Origin: an uncultured Eubacteriales bacterium
GTDB taxonomy: Bacteria; Acidobacteriota; Aminicenantia; Aminicenantales; UBA8522
Length of the DNA stretch: 55,200 nt
Direction of reading: 5' to 3'
Assembly: GCA_964651495.1 (NCBI GenBank)
Contig: CAZYWP010000005.1
Coordinates: 1-55,200, forward strand
Part shown: positions 19,166 through 29,337 of the stretch, piece after piece
How positions within the stretch are numbered: the first letter of the stretch is position 1
Layout of the letters: each line of letters begins with the position of its first letter
Translations under genes and position numbers: made by a program
Notes under the pieces: model-generated
Told to the model about the DNA's origin: nothing
Seen by the model: the letters and a program-made list of their open reading frames with translations, nothing else
Database searches by the model: none

Positions 19166-20338
19166 TTAGTCGGACTTCAGGCAACCGAACAGGTTTTCGT
19201 ATTTGGCGATGATGCGGGGCCAGTCGTAGTTCCTCACGACGTAGGAGAATCCGTTGGCGCCGAGAAGCGCCCTCAACTTCGGGTCGCCGAGCAGCAGGCC
19301 GAGGGCCGAGGCGAACTCGGCCGCGGTGGAATAATACAGCCCGCACTGTCCCCGCAGGCAGTGCTCTTTGAGCGGGTCGGCGGCCTCCTGGACCAGGATC
19401 GGGGTCCTGACGGCCAGGGATTCGATCGCCGCCATGCAGAGGCTTTCGAAATGCGAGGGATGCACGGTGACCACGGCGGCGGCCATGGCCTCGTTTTTTT
19501 CCCGGGCCGAAACGAACCCCAGGTAGCGGAGGCGCGGATGCGCCGGCAGGTCCATCAGCAGGTTGCCGATGAGGACCAGGCTGAGGGCGGGATCGGCCTC
19601 GACGAAGGCGAGAAAATAATCCACCAGCTCGCGGCAGCCCTTGCCCGGTTCGATCCGGCCGGCATAGAGGATGAAGGGCTGAGTCAGGCCGAAACGGCTG
19701 CGGAAAGCGGCGGTGTCCAGGCCCTCGGGGAAGTCCACGCCCACCCCGACGATGTCCTGGTATTTTCCGGCAAACGGGAAATACCGGCCCAGCATCTTTC
19801 TCTCGGACTCGGTGTTGAACATGAACGCCGCGGGCGCGGCGAAGACCTCCTTCATGATCCCCAGCCAGAGGGCGGGCTCGTCGTGAGCCGTGGGGACGAG
19901 CGTCTTCTTCCCTCTGATTTTCTTGAGCCCCCAGTAGGTCGTGTAATAAAGATAGGTGAAAAAGATGAAGGCGTCGTGCCCGCCCTCCTCTTTTTCTAGG
20001 GCCGAGAGAAGGTTGGGAGTGACCGGTCCCTGACGATCGATCCACTCGATTTCGTCCTCGGCCGTATGGTCATGGGCAAAAATCCAGTCGGAGTACGCAT
20101 TGAACTCCGCCAGTACTCGGGGTTTTTCAACTTTGTGCCGCTTGACCCGGACTCCGTTGACGACCGCCTCGCCGGCCGGGTACTCGTTTTTCCAGGTGAT
20201 GTAATCCTGAGCGCAGGTCGTATAGACAGTGACCTCGTGGCCGGAGGAGGCCAGCCGCTCGGCGATAAAGCGGCAGTGAAGCTCCGACCCGCCCATGACC
20301 TCCGGGCCGTACCTTTGGACGACGAAGGCAATTTTCAT
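19166..20338 (-). CDS. GT4 glycosyltransferase (type A)
   Basis: VQRYG..V.GG.E N-terminus; [10 protein letters not shown]; ESLCMAAIE (EX7E). Confidence 0.92.
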   Translation of the reverse strand: MKIAFVVQRYGPEVMGGSELHCRFIAERLASSGHEVTVYTTCAQDYITWKNEYPAGEAVVNGVRVKRHKVEKPRVLAEFNAYSDWIFAHDHTAEDEIEWIDRQGPVTPNLLSALEKEEGGHDAFIFFTYLYYTTYWGLKKIRGKKTLVPTAHDEPALWLGIMKEVFAAPAAFMFNTESERKMLGRYFPFAGKYQDIVGVGVDFPEGLDTAAFRSRFGLTQPFILYAGRIEPGKGCRELVDYFLAFVEADPALSLVLIGNLLMDLPAHPRLRYLGFVSAREKNEAMAAAVVTVHPSHFESLCMAAIESLAVRTPILVQEAADPLKEHCLRGQCGLYYSTAAEFASALGLLLGDPKLRALLGANGFSYVVRNYDWPRIIAKYENLFGCLKSD

Positions 20339-21399
20339 CTCAGTTTCTCGATCATCCGGAGGAGGAACGGTTCGCGCCCCTCGCTCGTCAGCCTCGCCAG
20401 CCGGTCGCGCTGGCCCTTGATTAACTTGGCGCGGACGTTTTGGTCATGGGCGACAATGTCCACGAGCTCGGCCGTCTCCTCCACCTTTTTCCGCCGGAGC
20501 AGGAGGCCGGCCCCAGCGAGGGTGTCGGGGACGGCGGTGGAATCATAGGCGATGACCGGAAGGTCAAAGACCATGCTCTCGACAAGGGGCAGGCAGAAGC
20601 CCTCGTGCTCGCTCAGCGAGAGAAAGACGTCCGCCGCCCGGAAGACGGCGTGCATCTCCTCGTCCGGGATATGGCCGGTAAACTGGATTTCCTCGGGCTT
20701 GAGCAGAAAGTCGTCGGCCAGCTTGACCAGGCTGCCGTAATAGACAGGAAGCGAGCCGGTCTTGCCGACGACGACCAGCCGCACCAGGGAAGAAATGTAC
20801 TTTTTGTAGTAGAAGACGACCCGGATCAGATCCTCGATCTTCTTGTTGGGCACGACCCGGCCGACAAACAGAATATTCGTCCGGTCGTCCCGGAGCAGTT
20901 TATAGACCAGCTCGTTTTTGGGTTTCTTGTATTTTTCCAGGTCGATATAAAGCGGGAAGACCTGCGCCTCCCTGAACCCGAATTCGACGAGCTCCCCGGC
21001 GTTGAAGCGGGAATCCGCCAGCGCGATGTCCACGACCGGCGCCAGCGACCGGAGCTCTTCCCGGCCGAGGCGGCAGAGCCGGGCCATCTCCTCGCTGAAC
21101 CCGGCAAAGAACTCGGGCGCGGTTATGTTGTGGTGGATGATGACTTTTTTCCCGGGAAGCCGGCGAAAAGCCGGGGTGAGCGGAGAGGGCAGGGCGAAAT
21201 GGAGAACCATGATGTCGGACGGCGCCGGCTCGGGGAAGAAGGCGAAATCCGCCGACTCCTGCTCGAGCCCGCGGTCACAGGAGAGGCGATAGATCTCCGA
21301 GTCGAAGCCCTGCGACCGGAAAAACCGCCTCAGGTGCGTGGCCTCGTCACCAATGGCATCCCCCCGGTGGTAGGCGGGAACGAGCTGGTCGATCCTCAT
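20335..21399 (-). CDS. GT4 glycosyltransferase (type B)
   Basis: GDAIGDE N-terminus; [10 protein letters not shown]; [12 protein letters not shown]. Confidence 0.92.
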   Translation of the reverse strand: MRIDQLVPAYHRGDAIGDEATHLRRFFRSQGFDSEIYRLSCDRGLEQESADFAFFPEPAPSDIMVLHFALPSPLTPAFRRLPGKKVIIHHNITAPEFFAGFSEEMARLCRLGREELRSLAPVVDIALADSRFNAGELVEFGFREAQVFPLYIDLEKYKKPKNELVYKLLRDDRTNILFVGRVVPNKKIEDLIRVVFYYKKYISSLVRLVVVGKTGSLPVYYGSLVKLADDFLLKPEEIQFTGHIPDEEMHAVFRAADVFLSLSEHEGFCLPLVESMVFDLPVIAYDSTAVPDTLAGAGLLLRRKKVEETAELVDIVAHDQNVRAKLIKGQRDRLARLTSEGREPFLLRMIEKLR

Positions 21400-22463
21400 C
21401 CCCGGCTGACCTCTTCAATATGGCGCAGCAGGATGCGGCTGACATTCTCGCAGCTGAATTTCTCCAGGGCGCGGAGCTGTCCCCGGACGACGGCCTCGCG
21501 GAGGGGCGCCTTCTTCACCAGGACATCAACGAGCGCCGCGACGCGGAACAAATCCTTCTCCGCCAGGAGCACTCCCCCCCCGTTCATGGTCTCCTCGACG
21601 GCCCCCGCTCTGAACCCGATGACGGGAATTTTCTGGTAGAAGGCCTCGAGGATCGGCACTCCGAACCCCTCGTGCTCGCTCAGGCTCAGGTAGACGTCGG
21701 CGGCTTCATAGAAAGCCCGCAGCTCGGAGAAATCGCTGTGGCCCGGGAAATGAACGTCCTTGAGGGAGAGCCTCCCGGCCAGCTCCAAAAGGCCGGCGGA
21801 ATACCTCTCCAGCCCGCGGTAGTCTCCGGCCAGGATGAGCCGCGAGTCGGGGTTGAAATACTTTTGGTAAAAATAAAAGGCTTTGATGACTTCCTCGAAC
21901 TTCTTGTTCGGAATGAACCGGCCGACAAAGAGGACTGTCGTCTTGCCGTCGCCGAACAGGCGCCGCCTCACCGGGTCGCCCGGCCGGTCGAACTTGGCAA
22001 AATCCATCAGGATGGGCAGGACGCCGGTTTTTTTATACCCGACCGCCTCGAGCTCCCGCCGGTTGAACTCGGAGTCGCCCAGGGCCAGGTCGACCTTGTC
22101 GACGAAGAGCTTGATCTCCAGCCGTCCCTTGTAGCATTCCCGGGCCAGGATGCGGTGCGCATCGATAAAGTACTGGTGCGGGGTGATGTTGTGGTAGATC
22201 ATGATCTTTTTGTCGGGGACGCGGAAAAACATCTTGGAGACGGGAGACCCGATGGAAAAGTGGAAAATGACGACGTTCGCGAGCGAGCTGTGCTTCCTGT
22301 ACTCCCGGTAATCGCGCCTGGCCCCGGCCGTGCGGGGGTCGAAGAAGCGGGTGAAGATCTCGGAGCGATAGCTGTGCTCACGGAGGACCTTCTGGATCTC
22401 CAGCATCTCGTCCGAGATGGCATCGCCGTAGCTCAGCGAGGTGGCGAACTGGTGGATCTCCAT
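21396..22463 (-). CDS. GT4 glycosyltransferase (type B')
   Basis: GDAISDE; HNITP; FVGRFIPNKK; SEHEGFGVPILE. Confidence 0.92.
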   Translation of the reverse strand: MEIHQFATSLSYGDAISDEMLEIQKVLREHSYRSEIFTRFFDPRTAGARRDYREYRKHSSLANVVIFHFSIGSPVSKMFFRVPDKKIMIYHNITPHQYFIDAHRILARECYKGRLEIKLFVDKVDLALGDSEFNRRELEAVGYKKTGVLPILMDFAKFDRPGDPVRRRLFGDGKTTVLFVGRFIPNKKFEEVIKAFYFYQKYFNPDSRLILAGDYRGLERYSAGLLELAGRLSLKDVHFPGHSDFSELRAFYEAADVYLSLSEHEGFGVPILEAFYQKIPVIGFRAGAVEETMNGGGVLLAEKDLFRVAALVDVLVKKAPLREAVVRGQLRALEKFSCENVSRILLRHIEEVSRG

Positions 22464-23644
22464 CAGGCGGTCCTCCCCTTTTCCAGCTTGTCCAGGATGG
22501 CGAGATACTTTTTCTCGATGATCGGCCAGGTGTAATTAGCGGTGAAATATTTTTTCCCATTCTCCCCCATGGCCAGGCGCAGCCGGGGCGAGCCCAGGAG
22601 CAGGCTCAGCCCTTCCCGGAATTCGTGATAGTTCTCGTAGAAGAGGCCGCCGTTCGAACGTAGGCACTGGCCCTTGAGCACCTCGCAAAGGGCGTTGGCC
22701 AGGACCGGCTTCTCCAGGGCCCAGGCTTCGAGGATGACCATGGAGAGGCTCTCGTAGAACGAGGGCATGACCAGCAGTTCGGCGCCGTCCAGGGCGTTGA
22801 ACTTGTCCTCCTCCAGCATGAACCCAAGATAGAGGATATCGGGATGGGCGGGGACCTGAATCACCGTGCTTCCCGCCAGCACCAGCTTGACCTCCGAACC
22901 GGTCTCCTTTTTATAGCGGAGGAAGTATTCGAAGAGCCGGTGGCAGCCTTTGTTCTCGTCCACCCGCCCGAGGTAGATAATATAAGGGCCGCTCACTTTA
23001 AACTTCCGACGGAACACCTCAGCGGAATGCCGGGCGGGGATTTCGCTCCCCACGCCGACGACATCGCCGAGAACATGGTCATTATGGGAGACGGCGTTGA
23101 TCATCTGGCGTTCTTCAACCGAGTTGTAGATGAAAGCGCGGGGCTTGCCGAAAAGACCCTTGAAGATGCCAAGGTTGATTACCGCGTCGTTCTCAGCCGT
23201 CGGGACGAGGATGCTCTTGTGCGGGACGGCGTGGATGCCCCAGAACGAATGGTAGTAACGATAGCTGAAAAAAAAGAAATAATCATAGTGGCCTTCGGAC
23301 TCCTTGATAGCCCTGATCAGGTCGGGCGCGAGCGGGCCTTCCTCGTCCATCCACTTGAGCTCATCCGCCTCCGTGTGGTCGTTATGGAGGATGTAATCCT
23401 GCAGCCGGCCGAACCGCTGCGGATGCCTCGGCCGGGCCACGGGGAACCTCCTCACCCTGATCCCGTTGACCACTTCCTCGTCTTTGGAGTAGTGATTTTT
23501 CCAGGTGATATAATCGAAAGCCTTGGTCGTCAGCACCTCGGTCTCGTGATATTTTTTCATATGCTCGGCGACCCAGCGACAGTGGAGCTCGGCCCCGCCG
23601 TTGATCTCGAGCCCGTAGCGCTGGACGACAAAGGCCAGCTTCAT
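22463..23644 (-). CDS. GT4 glycosyltransferase (type A')
   Basis: VQRYG.EINGGAE; YLGRVDENKG; ESLSMVILE. Confidence 0.92.
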   Translation of the reverse strand: MKLAFVVQRYGLEINGGAELHCRWVAEHMKKYHETEVLTTKAFDYITWKNHYSKDEEVVNGIRVRRFPVARPRHPQRFGRLQDYILHNDHTEADELKWMDEEGPLAPDLIRAIKESEGHYDYFFFFSYRYYHSFWGIHAVPHKSILVPTAENDAVINLGIFKGLFGKPRAFIYNSVEERQMINAVSHNDHVLGDVVGVGSEIPARHSAEVFRRKFKVSGPYIIYLGRVDENKGCHRLFEYFLRYKKETGSEVKLVLAGSTVIQVPAHPDILYLGFMLEEDKFNALDGAELLVMPSFYESLSMVILEAWALEKPVLANALCEVLKGQCLRSNGGLFYENYHEFREGLSLLLGSPRLRLAMGENGKKYFTANYTWPIIEKKYLAILDKLEKGRTA

Positions 23645-24198
23645 TTGAAGACCTCGTGTTCGACCGCGCGCTCGCGCCGGCCGAGGTGCTCGAAGTCTTT
23701 TTCCATCAGGCTGACATTTGTCTTCAGCGTCTCTTCCTCGATTTTCAACTTGCTGAGCTCAACGACCAGGTTATGACTGAGGAGGTGCAGAAGCTTGGTG
23801 TATTCCTTCAGCCGATCGAGCCTCTCGAACATCAACTTGTGCTCTTTCTCGTGAATGCGGTAGAGGTGGTCGAGCCGTTTGTTCGTCTGGTGGAGGATGC
23901 GGACGGTCTGCTGGTGCTCCTCGTAAACGGGCAGGATGAGGAGCTTGATCAGCGGCCGGAAGGGAGTCATGACCTTGAGGAGAATCGTCCTGATCCTGCC
24001 GCCCCGCCCCGGGGGGGACGATTCTTCCCCGAGGTCAATCTCCGGAGCGGCCTGGTCTTGGCCGGCGGCCGCGGGGAAAGCCTGGCTTTCCAGCCGGGCG
24101 TCTTCCGCCGCTTTCTGTTTGATCTGATCCATGATCCGCGGGACACTGATATTGTCGTAGTCGACCTCGATGTCGTATTTGTCCTTATTTTCATTCAT
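23641..24198 (-). CDS. Hypothetical coiled-coil protein
   Basis: 185 aa; GGAG RBS; 4-bp overlap with the downstream GT4; heptad-rich C-half. Confidence 0.75.
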   Translation of the reverse strand: MNENKDKYDIEVDYDNISVPRIMDQIKQKAAEDARLESQAFPAAAGQDQAAPEIDLGEESSPPGRGGRIRTILLKVMTPFRPLIKLLILPVYEEHQQTVRILHQTNKRLDHLYRIHEKEHKLMFERLDRLKEYTKLLHLLSHNLVVELSKLKIEEETLKTNVSLMEKDFEHLGRRERAVEHEVFK

Positions 24199-24231
24199 GG
24201 CTCTCTCCTTGACGGGGGGCTTCCCGCCCGG

Positions 24232-24444
24232 TCAGTTCTCCGCCTCGAACAGATGGTCCTCATAGACGCTCTGGACCTCCTGGATATCGGGCAGGGTGCG
24301 TAGCTTCATCTCCTCGATCTCCCGGATTTCCCGCTCCGTAACCGTCCCGTCCTTGATTTTTTCGCTGATCCTTCTGTCGATTTCTTCCTCCAGCCGCTTT
24401 TGCTCTTCCGGCGTCAGGCTTTTCGCTTCAAAAAATGAGGACAT
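24232..24444 (-). CDS. Small acidic helical hypothetical protein (70 aa)
   Basis: AGGAG RBS, host-like codon usage, same strand as the cluster. Confidence 0.6.
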   Translation of the reverse strand: MSSFFEAKSLTPEEQKRLEEEIDRRISEKIKDGTVTEREIREIEEMKLRTLPDIQEVQSVYEDHLFEAEN

Positions 24445-24585
24445 GGGACTTCTCCTTTTCCAGGCATCCTCTTGATGTCATCCTGAATGTGATTAATAAT
24501 CGCACTGCTTCAGATGGAAATTTTAATCAAATCGGGGCAGACATTCAACCGGGCACTAATAATGTATTCCCGTTCTCTTCTTCAC

Positions 24586-24692
24586 GAGAATGGGTCCTGT
24601 CACGGCGCGTCCCCTTCGCCCTCGCTTAAGACCCCCCCACCCGCCCCATTTCGCTCGGACGATCGGGGACTAACGCCATGCCACCCATTCTC
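24586..24692. repeat. MITE/REP-like element, copy 2 (107 bp), with perfect 10-bp terminal IR GAGAATGGGT/ACCCATTCTC
   Basis: Ends match copy 1 (15453-15688) in inverted orientation. Confidence 0.8.
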
Positions 24693-24712
24693 AAAAAAAA
24701 CGTGATATCAAC

Positions 24713-26143
24713 TCAGGAATCAAAGGGGCAAACATCTTCAGAGAACCTGACTGCTAGCAGCCCTCGGAAATAGTCGCGGACCTGGTTGGCGAAAACCTCG
24801 CGCCGGAATGCCCTCCCCCTTTCATGGGCGCGACCGCTCATCTCTTTAAGCCGGACGGGATTTCCCATAAGGCCCAGGGTATTGGTGACCATCTCTTTCT
24901 CGGAAGAAAACAGGAATCCCGAGATCCCGTCCTCGACGATCTCCGTCTGTCCGCCGCCGCGGAAGACAATCGGCACACTGCCGTTCTGCATGGCCTCGGC
25001 CACGGTCATCCCGAAGTGCTCGACCCTGGCCGGGTCACTCTGCCCGAGGCCGCAGAAATGCCAGAAGATCTTGGCCCGCTCGTAGATGGCCCTGAGGTCG
25101 GAAGCCGTGATGTTGATTTTGAGTTCGACCTCCGCCCCCGGAGTTTGACGGAGACGGTCTTGAATTCTCTCAAGATAAGGGTTTTCCGGGGGGCTCCCCC
25201 CGACCAGGACAAACCTCCAGCCGGCCAATTCCCGGGGACGGCTGTGCGCCAGATCCTGGAACACTTTGATCATCTCCAGTTGCTGCTTATTGCCGCCGAC
25301 GTCGAACCGGGAGACTGAAAGAATGAAGTTCTCCTTCGCTACCGGGAAGGCCGCCGGCTCCATGTCCACGGGCGGGTAGATATGCTTGTGGGGGTGAAGA
25401 TTCCATCGTCTCTCGATCCAGCGGGCCGTGTAGAGGCTGTTGTGGACGATCTCCGTGTAGCGGTCGACATAAAAAAACCGCGACTTTTCTCTCTCCGGAA
25501 AATGGCAGATGAACACCGATGTGTTGGCCAGAGGGTAGACCATCTCCAGCATGCCGTTGTTGACAAATATGTCGTAGCGGCCGCTTTCCCGACTGACGGC
25601 ATGGAAGGGGTTCGGCCCGCTCGTGTTCACTTCCCCCGCGTCGATGATCTGGGGATGGCGGCCTTTCTCTTCGAAATACGGAAGCGGGACGAATTCGAGC
25701 CGGCAGCGGCCAAGGTCGAGATCATACCAGGCTTGGAGATCGGCCAGGCTGACGGGTTTATTGGCCAGGAGAGTGACTTCGAAGTCGTCCTGCAGAGTCT
25801 GGGCCATCGTCAAGCCGTATTTCTGGGCTCCCCCGATGTAGTGAAAGGCATGGTCATAGATCCCGATCCGGGGCTGGCGCAGACGGAGGGCCACCTCCAG
25901 GAAAGAGAGCACGTTCCAGGCGGATTGGACGCTTTTCCGGCGGGCCAGTTCGTCCACCAGCCTGGGCAATAAACGCGAAGTCTGAGCCGGCGGCTGACGT
26001 TTGACCCATCTTAAGACAAGCGCATTCAGGACCGCCTGGGGAATTTCTTTCTTATTATTCAGATAACGCTGGAGAACTCGGCCGAAGTCCCGGGGTGATT
26101 TCTCAGCGGCCAGCCGAAGATCGGAAAATTCCGCCATGACCAT
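24713..26143 (-). CDS. GT4 glycosyltransferase with extra N-terminal helical region
   Basis: GGAQKY; ILSVSRF..GGNKQQ; EHFGMTVAE; GGQTEIVEDG.SG.LF. Confidence 0.88.
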   Translation of the reverse strand: MVMAEFSDLRLAAEKSPRDFGRVLQRYLNNKKEIPQAVLNALVLRWVKRQPPAQTSRLLPRLVDELARRKSVQSAWNVLSFLEVALRLRQPRIGIYDHAFHYIGGAQKYGLTMAQTLQDDFEVTLLANKPVSLADLQAWYDLDLGRCRLEFVPLPYFEEKGRHPQIIDAGEVNTSGPNPFHAVSRESGRYDIFVNNGMLEMVYPLANTSVFICHFPEREKSRFFYVDRYTEIVHNSLYTARWIERRWNLHPHKHIYPPVDMEPAAFPVAKENFILSVSRFDVGGNKQQLEMIKVFQDLAHSRPRELAGWRFVLVGGSPPENPYLERIQDRLRQTPGAEVELKINITASDLRAIYERAKIFWHFCGLGQSDPARVEHFGMTVAEAMQNGSVPIVFRGGGQTEIVEDGISGFLFSSEKEMVTNTLGLMGNPVRLKEMSGRAHERGRAFRREVFANQVRDYFRGLLAVRFSEDVCPFDS

Positions 26144-26155
26144 TTGGGTTCGAGG

Positions 26156-26593
26156 TTATTCCTGTTTTTCCTGGGTGATCGGCGGCGCCTTGGCCGCCAG
26201 GGCTTCGAGCTTCTCTTTCATCTTCTCCATTCGCAGCAGGTTCGCCAGTTGAAACTGGACGAGCTCGCGGTCGAAGCGGCTCTGCCGCTCCAGGATCATC
26301 TTGGCATAGGGACGCATCAAGGCGCGCCAAACCTTTTTGCCAAGGATGATGACCCGGCCGACGAGCCGGCGGCGGGAGGTGATCGGCCCCTCCTCGAGGC
26401 AGTCTTTGTTTTTCTCCAAGAAAAAGAAAGAGTCCCAGGCTACTTTCTCCAGAGCTTTTTCGCTGAGGCCCCAGAGCTCCCCCTCAATCTTCTCTCCGCT
26501 AAGGGCCTCGACGTCCTGGATGGCCTCTCGCTTTTCTGCTAGAGCCGTTTTAATTTTTTGAATTTGCTTCTCGATCTCCCGGCTGTCTTTCAT
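26156..26593 (-). CDS. Hypothetical coiled-coil protein
   Basis: 145 aa; charged heptads; ITSRRRLVG...RPY...Q.RFD segment. Confidence 0.75.
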   Translation of the reverse strand: MKDSREIEKQIQKIKTALAEKREAIQDVEALSGEKIEGELWGLSEKALEKVAWDSFFFLEKNKDCLEEGPITSRRRLVGRVIILGKKVWRALMRPYAKMILERQSRFDRELVQFQLANLLRMEKMKEKLEALAAKAPPITQEKQE

Positions 26594-26699
26594 CGGCTCC
26601 CTCTCTCAGGTCCAATAGTCTGGATTATTCCTATTTCGCTCATCAATGCTCTCCTGCCCCCGCTCTCATTCTTGATTGAATTCGGGCAGCGTCTCTCAC

Positions 26700-27890
26700 T
26701 CATCGCTTATCTCCGACCCCGGCATTGGACGTAATGAAGTCGGCATAACTCCGGACGCATTTTTCCATATCGCCCTCGTTCCGAACATAAGAGGAGGCCT
26801 CTCTTCCCACGGACAGGCGAAGATCCCGGTCCTCGATCAGAGCGGCGAGATAGGCCTTGAGCATCGCCAGTTCGTCGATATCCGGATCGATCTTGAGGGC
26901 CGCCCAATCCGGGATCTCGGCATAGGATCCGAAGTTCGTGATCAGGGTTGGCCTGGCGTAGCCCATCTGCCGCAGCAGGGCCGCCGAGCTCTCCCCCATC
27001 GTTGGATACCGGAGGTTGACGCAGATGTCGGAGGCGGAAATCAGGCTCTCCAGCCTCTCCAGAGGAAGGAAGCTCAGAACGGAGATCTGGCCGCGAGAGG
27101 CGGCGACAAGATCCCGGAGCAACTTTCCCCGGTCTTCTCCCGCAATGATATATTTGAGGCGGGGATCGGCAAGCTCGCCGAGAGCGGCGATGACGAGGTC
27201 ATATCGTCTGTTGCGGTTGACGAACCCTACAGAGGAGATCAGGATATCGTCCGGGGCGACTCCCCACTCTTTTCTTTCGGCGGTCCGGTCAAAAGTCTTG
27301 AGAACATGGTCGTGAAGGGGGATCCTGACGACCGGCTTGCTGGTCTTTCTTTCCACCCGCTTCTTGACAAAATCAGAATGGACGATGACGGCGGTGGACA
27401 GGTCGAGGGTCTCCTCGTTCAGGGGAAAGTCGAGTGCTTCTTCGTTTTCCCAAATCGGGGGGTAAACTCGGCGGGCGACAACCTCGGCGACTTCCAGCCC
27501 TCTTTTTCCATAGTATCGTTGGAGGAGCTCTTGGTAATCCTTGAAATTCTTCTCCACCTCTGCCCTCTCCACATAGAATCCCTGGAGAACGTAGTCGTGA
27601 AGAACGACGATGCCGGGGAATTTTCTCAGAGCCTCATAGACAAAGCGGTGAGCTCGATAATAATTCCCCATGTGGTAGAGGATGGCATCGTAACTGGAGG
27701 CGGGAAAGGAGGCCGGTTCGAAGGGAAAGACACGGAACTGGGCCCGAATAGACGGGCTTGTCGGGACGTGCCGGGGATCGAAATAGAGGTCGATCTCAAA
27801 GTATTTTTTGAGCAGAGGGAGCATCTCTTCGGTGTAATCGGCGATGCCGCTCTTCATCGGATGGAGCGGGCTGAACAGCGCTATCTTCAT
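26700..27890 (-). CDS. GT4 glycosyltransferase
   Basis: MKIALFSP.HP.KSGIADY; YHMGN; LHD; SDICVNLRYPTMGESS (EX7Q rather than EX7E); start reassigned to ATG at 27890. Confidence 0.88.
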   Translation of the reverse strand: MKIALFSPLHPMKSGIADYTEEMLPLLKKYFEIDLYFDPRHVPTSPSIRAQFRVFPFEPASFPASSYDAILYHMGNYYRAHRFVYEALRKFPGIVVLHDYVLQGFYVERAEVEKNFKDYQELLQRYYGKRGLEVAEVVARRVYPPIWENEEALDFPLNEETLDLSTAVIVHSDFVKKRVERKTSKPVVRIPLHDHVLKTFDRTAERKEWGVAPDDILISSVGFVNRNRRYDLVIAALGELADPRLKYIIAGEDRGKLLRDLVAASRGQISVLSFLPLERLESLISASDICVNLRYPTMGESSAALLRQMGYARPTLITNFGSYAEIPDWAALKIDPDIDELAMLKAYLAALIEDRDLRLSVGREASSYVRNEGDMEKCVRSYADFITSNAGVGDKR

Positions 27891-27895
27891 CGAGT

Positions 27896-28996
27896 TCACC
27901 CGCCGACCAGGGTCTCGATCACCGTATCCCAGTTGATGTCTTTGACCTTTTCCAACCCGGCCTGGCCGAAGCTGCGGCATTTTTCTTTGTTGAAGAAGAG
28001 TTCCTCGGATTTGGCGGCCAGGTCCCTCTCCTCCGCAGATTGGATAACGATGCCGGTCCGTCCGTCCTCGACGAATTCCAGGGGACCGCCGGAGTCGAGT
28101 CTGGTAATGACGGCCTTGCCGGAGAGGAAAGCCTCCAGGGTGACATAGCCGTAATCTTCGTCCAGCGGGGCAAAATAAACCTCCGTGGCATGGGCGTAGA
28201 GAGCCAGGAGTTCATCGTTCGGGACAAAACCCAAAAATTCCACGCGCTCGGCCACACCGCATTCCCGGGCCAGCTGTTGCAGGTTCTTGAGCTCAGGCCC
28301 GCTGCCAGCGATTTTGCATTTGATCCGGCGATCCATCCAGCGCAAAGACCGGAGGAGAAAATCGATTCTTTTCAAGCGCTCCAGACGACCCACCGAAAGA
28401 ATATAGCCACGGTCTTCGCCGGCAAAGTACTGTCCGGCGAGATGGGGCGGATGATAGAGCGGGACGGAGTCGATGCCGTTGTACTTTTTCAGCCGGGCGG
28501 CCGTGTTCTTGGAGTTGGTGTAAATCCGTTTGTAGGTCTTGAGGACCTCCGTATCCAGCTTGATCAGCTTGTCCCGGAACCTTCGGTCGGTCTCCCGGGA
28601 GGGATCGAAGTCTGAGTAAGGAGTTCCCCAGAGATCGTAGATATGCCTGAACTGGTGGATGAGCCAGAGGACCTTATGAGGGTGCTCGGCAAAGTAAGAG
28701 GGAAATTTGGTGGTGATGATCATATCGATCGGTTTATCGTTGGACTCGCTGAGGTCAAGCAGGCGCCAGATCTCCAGGCTCTGCAAGAGCTGGACGCGGG
28801 GGTACCATTTATAGGGAATATTGATCAGGTCGACTTCATACTGCCTCTTGGCCAGCTCCCGGATCAGCCCGCTGACGTGGGCTTCCGCGCCACCCTCGAA
28901 GAAGGGGACCTGGGCAGCACAGACCGCGATGGTCTGGACGGGCCTTTCGTCTCTGGAAAATTCGAGTTTTGCCTTGATCTTAGTCAGCAGGCCCAT
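27896..28996 (-). CDS. GT4 glycosyltransferase
   Basis: AQVPF..GGAE; TKFPSY; WLIHQ.R; SVGRLE.LKR; EDYGYVTLE. Confidence 0.92.
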   Translation of the reverse strand: MGLLTKIKAKLEFSRDERPVQTIAVCAAQVPFFEGGAEAHVSGLIRELAKRQYEVDLINIPYKWYPRVQLLQSLEIWRLLDLSESNDKPIDMIITTKFPSYFAEHPHKVLWLIHQFRHIYDLWGTPYSDFDPSRETDRRFRDKLIKLDTEVLKTYKRIYTNSKNTAARLKKYNGIDSVPLYHPPHLAGQYFAGEDRGYILSVGRLERLKRIDFLLRSLRWMDRRIKCKIAGSGPELKNLQQLARECGVAERVEFLGFVPNDELLALYAHATEVYFAPLDEDYGYVTLEAFLSGKAVITRLDSGGPLEFVEDGRTGIVIQSAEERDLAAKSEELFFNKEKCRSFGQAGLEKVKDINWDTVIETLVGG

Positions 28997-29306
28997 GGGT
29001 CTTGTGATCTTCGTCGGTCGGACCGCGTTGCTGGGTGGAGAGGATCTCTCTGAGGAGCTCGATTTCCTTGAGAAAGCGGAGGTTGATCTCTTTCTGGTTG
29101 TCCAGGATGGGCTGGAGGATCAGGCTCACTTCCAGGATCAGACGTTTTCTGATCTTTTGCGGTATGATCCGGAAGATGGCCTTGCGGTGGGAACCATGGA
29201 GGTGAAATTTCCTCTCCATAATCTTGGCCCGGAGATGGTTGAGCTGATCCTTCTCGACTTCCTTCCGGATTTCCTTGATTTTTTTCAGGATCTCTTCGCG
29301 GTCCAT
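28980..29306 (-). CDS. Hypothetical coiled-coil protein, first gene of the GT operon
   Basis: ATG at 29306 has a GAGG RBS; the track start at 29339 lies inside the -10 box; SHRK...QPILDNQKEIN segment. Confidence 0.7.
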   Translation of the reverse strand: MDREEILKKIKEIRKEVEKDQLNHLRAKIMERKFHLHGSHRKAIFRIIPQKIRKRLILEVSLILQPILDNQKEINLRFLKEIELLREILSTQQRGPTDEDHKTHGPAD

Positions 29307-29337
29307 TTTCCTCAAACCCGCCAAACGATTTTTCCCC

